DNA of 64,000 nt from NCBI GenBank assembly GCA_001797615.1, contig MGPV01000022.1, positions 5,311 through 69,310 of the forward strand, in the 5' to 3' direction. Below the pieces are notes generated by a model. It was not told where the DNA came from. It saw only the letters and a program-made list of their open reading frames with translations, and made no database searches. This document shows positions 62,444 to 64,000 of this stretch, in pieces. Source of the stretch: Deltaproteobacteria bacterium GWC2_65_14. GTDB lineage: Bacteria; Desulfobacterota; Deferrimicrobia; Deferrimicrobiales; Deferrimicrobiaceae. The position numbers and the translations under genes are program-made. How positions within the stretch are numbered: position 1 is the stretch's first letter; each line of letters starts with the position of its first letter.

Positions 62444-62923
62444 ATGATGCCTATGTCCCAAGTCAATCGTTTTCCGGGCGTCACGGCATGGAGGATCCTG
62501 GCCACCGGGTTCGGAGCAGGGTACGTTCCACTGGCTCCGGGAACGGCCGGTTCGCTGCTGGCCCTCCCGCTCTGGTACTGGGGAGGCGGAACGGGGGTGA
62601 TCCACTTCGGGGCGCTCGCGCTGCTGCTCCTCCTCTCGGTGCCGGCGATACGAGCGGAGATGCTTGAAACGGGGAGGAAGGATCCGCCGACCGCCGTCAT
62701 CGACGAGGTGGCCGGGATGCTGCTGGCTGCGACCGGGATCCCCTGGGGGATCGTTCCGGTCCTTTCGGTGTTTCTTCTGTTCCGGCTGTTCGATATCCTG
62801 AAATTCGGACCGGCCGCCTGGATGGATCGGAGGGAGGGGGCGGCCTATGTCGTCGCCGACGATCTCTTCGCCGGCCTTTATGCCAACCTCGCCTACCGGG
62901 GGATCGCTTGGCTGATCGGGTGA
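62444..62923 (+). CDS. pgpA: phosphatidylglycerophosphatase A
   Basis: 159 aa ...ATGFGAGYVPLAPGTAGSLLALPL...; true start may be ATG 62447 or 62453. Confidence 0.8.
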   Translation: MMPMSQVNRFPGVTAWRILATGFGAGYVPLAPGTAGSLLALPLWYWGGGTGVIHFGALALLLLLSVPAIRAEMLETGRKDPPTAVIDEVAGMLLAATGIPWGIVPVLSVFLLFRLFDILKFGPAAWMDRREGAAYVVADDLFAGLYANLAYRGIAWLIG

Positions 62924-63414
62924 TCCGTACCCTCGCGCTCCGGGCGGGAAAGGCGCTTTCCGGGGCGGGATGGACCGTCGCCGTGGGGGAGTCCTGCACC
63001 GGCGGCGGGGTGAGCGAGGCGCTGACCGGGGTCCCGGGCAGCTCCGCCTATTTCCTGGGGGGGGTCGTGGCCTACGGGAACCTCTCCAAGACCAGGGACC
63101 TCGACGTCGCCGAGCCGTTGCTCGCAAGGCACGGCGCGGTGAGCGAGGAGGTTGCCGTGGCGATGGCCGAGGGGGCCAGGAGGAGGTTCGGGGGGGATGT
63201 CGGGATCGGCACGACCGGCATCGCCGGGCCGGGCGGCGGGACCCCGGAGAAGCCGGTGGGGACCGTCTGCATCGGGGTCGCCACGCCGAAGGTCCGGCTC
63301 TCGCACCGTTTCCGGCTCCGGGGAGGCCGGGACGCGGTCCGCAGGGAGACGGTGGTCCGGGCGCTCGGGCTTTTGCTCGAGTGTGTCCCCCAGCGGCAGG
63401 AGGGGGAAGGGTGA
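62908..63414 (+). CDS. CinA C-terminal domain protein (nicotinamide-nucleotide amidase PncC-like)
   Basis: 168 aa ...TVAVGESCTGGGVSEALTGVPGSSAYFLGGVVAYGN...; overlaps pgpA stop. Confidence 0.75.
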   Translation: MADRVIRTLALRAGKALSGAGWTVAVGESCTGGGVSEALTGVPGSSAYFLGGVVAYGNLSKTRDLDVAEPLLARHGAVSEEVAVAMAEGARRRFGGDVGIGTTGIAGPGGGTPEKPVGTVCIGVATPKVRLSHRFRLRGGRDAVRRETVVRALGLLLECVPQRQEGEG

Positions 63415-63416
63415 GG

Positions 63417-63971
63417 ATGTTCGTGGGGATCGGCCTCCCGGAGGAGTGCCGGACCTCGATCGTGCGTGCCCTCTCCCCCGTGGCGGAGACGGGGCTGCCG
63501 GTCTCCTGGACGCGGGCCGAAAACCTCCACATCACGCTGAAGTTCCTCGGGGAGGTTCCGGACGCCCGTGTCGGGGAACTGGGAGGGCTGCTGGCCGAGT
63601 CGGCCAGGGGAACCGGTCCGTTCCGGCTTCTCGTGGAGGGGGCGGGCGGCTTCCCGACCCTGTCCTCCCCGAGGATTCTCTGGGCCGGGGTCCGGGAACC
63701 TCTTGATCCGGTAAGGAAGTTGCACCAGAATATGGAGAACATCCTGGCGGGGGCGGGATTCCCACGGGAGGGGAGGCCGTTCCACCCGCATGTCACGGTG
63801 GGCCGCGTACGCAGACGGCTTCCGGCGGGATGGACGGAACGGTTCGGCGGCGCCCTTTCCGGAAAGCGGTTCGGCGAAGTGCCCGCAAGGTCGTACCAGT
63901 TGTACGAAAGCCGGCTCTCTCCGTCGGGATCGACCTACACGGTGCTGGTCGACGTGCCGTTCGGGGGGTAA
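63417..63971 (+). CDS. thpR: RNA 2',3'-cyclic phosphodiesterase ThpR (LigT/2H family)
   Basis: 184 aa; two H-x-T-x motifs HITLKFLG and HVTVGR. Confidence 0.8.
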   Translation: MFVGIGLPEECRTSIVRALSPVAETGLPVSWTRAENLHITLKFLGEVPDARVGELGGLLAESARGTGPFRLLVEGAGGFPTLSSPRILWAGVREPLDPVRKLHQNMENILAGAGFPREGRPFHPHVTVGRVRRRLPAGWTERFGGALSGKRFGEVPARSYQLYESRLSPSGSTYTVLVDVPFGG

Positions 63972-64000
63972 GCCGGGGAAAACGGAACAGGAAGGAGCAG

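Overview
This is a high-GC (about 68%) bacterial chromosomal segment, densely coding, and mostly housekeeping. The long minus-strand operon rplU-rpmA-obg-proB-proA-nadD-rsfS followed by lapB-like/comF/nitrilase/rfaE2 looks delta-proteobacterial or Geobacter-like in gene order.

At the left end is a thiamine-thiazole operon (thiH/hydG-like, thiS, thiG, thiE) under a TPP riboswitch with an intrinsic terminator.

From about 2.9 kb to 19.0 kb is a carbohydrate-storage region: two paralogous esterase genes, a class II aldolase, a GYD protein, glgA, glgP, an internally deleted pfk, an acetyltransferase, otsB, otsA, and a MalT-like LuxR regulator. It contains at least four gene fragments (three esterase pieces and a glgB 5' piece) and two tRNA 3'-end-like fragments. 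It is bracketed by 15-bp direct repeats, each adjacent to an array of 15-bp tandem repeats.

The rest of the window encodes alr, mlaEFD, purH-purD-purE, tsaC, a DUF1015 protein, a methyltransferase, mltD, a class V aminotransferase without a canonical start codon, comM, moaC, the moxR-DUF58-tgpA triad, radC, plsC, RNase J, ftsK, lolA, rimO, a dksA-like protein, mltG, ruvX, a HEAT/HD-GYP/HEAT cluster, pgpA, a cinA-like protein and thpR.

No CRISPR array, integrase, transposase or rRNA is present, and no complete tRNA.

Many of the long ORFs in the six-frame track are antisense or out-of-frame artefacts of the high GC content. They were not annotated.
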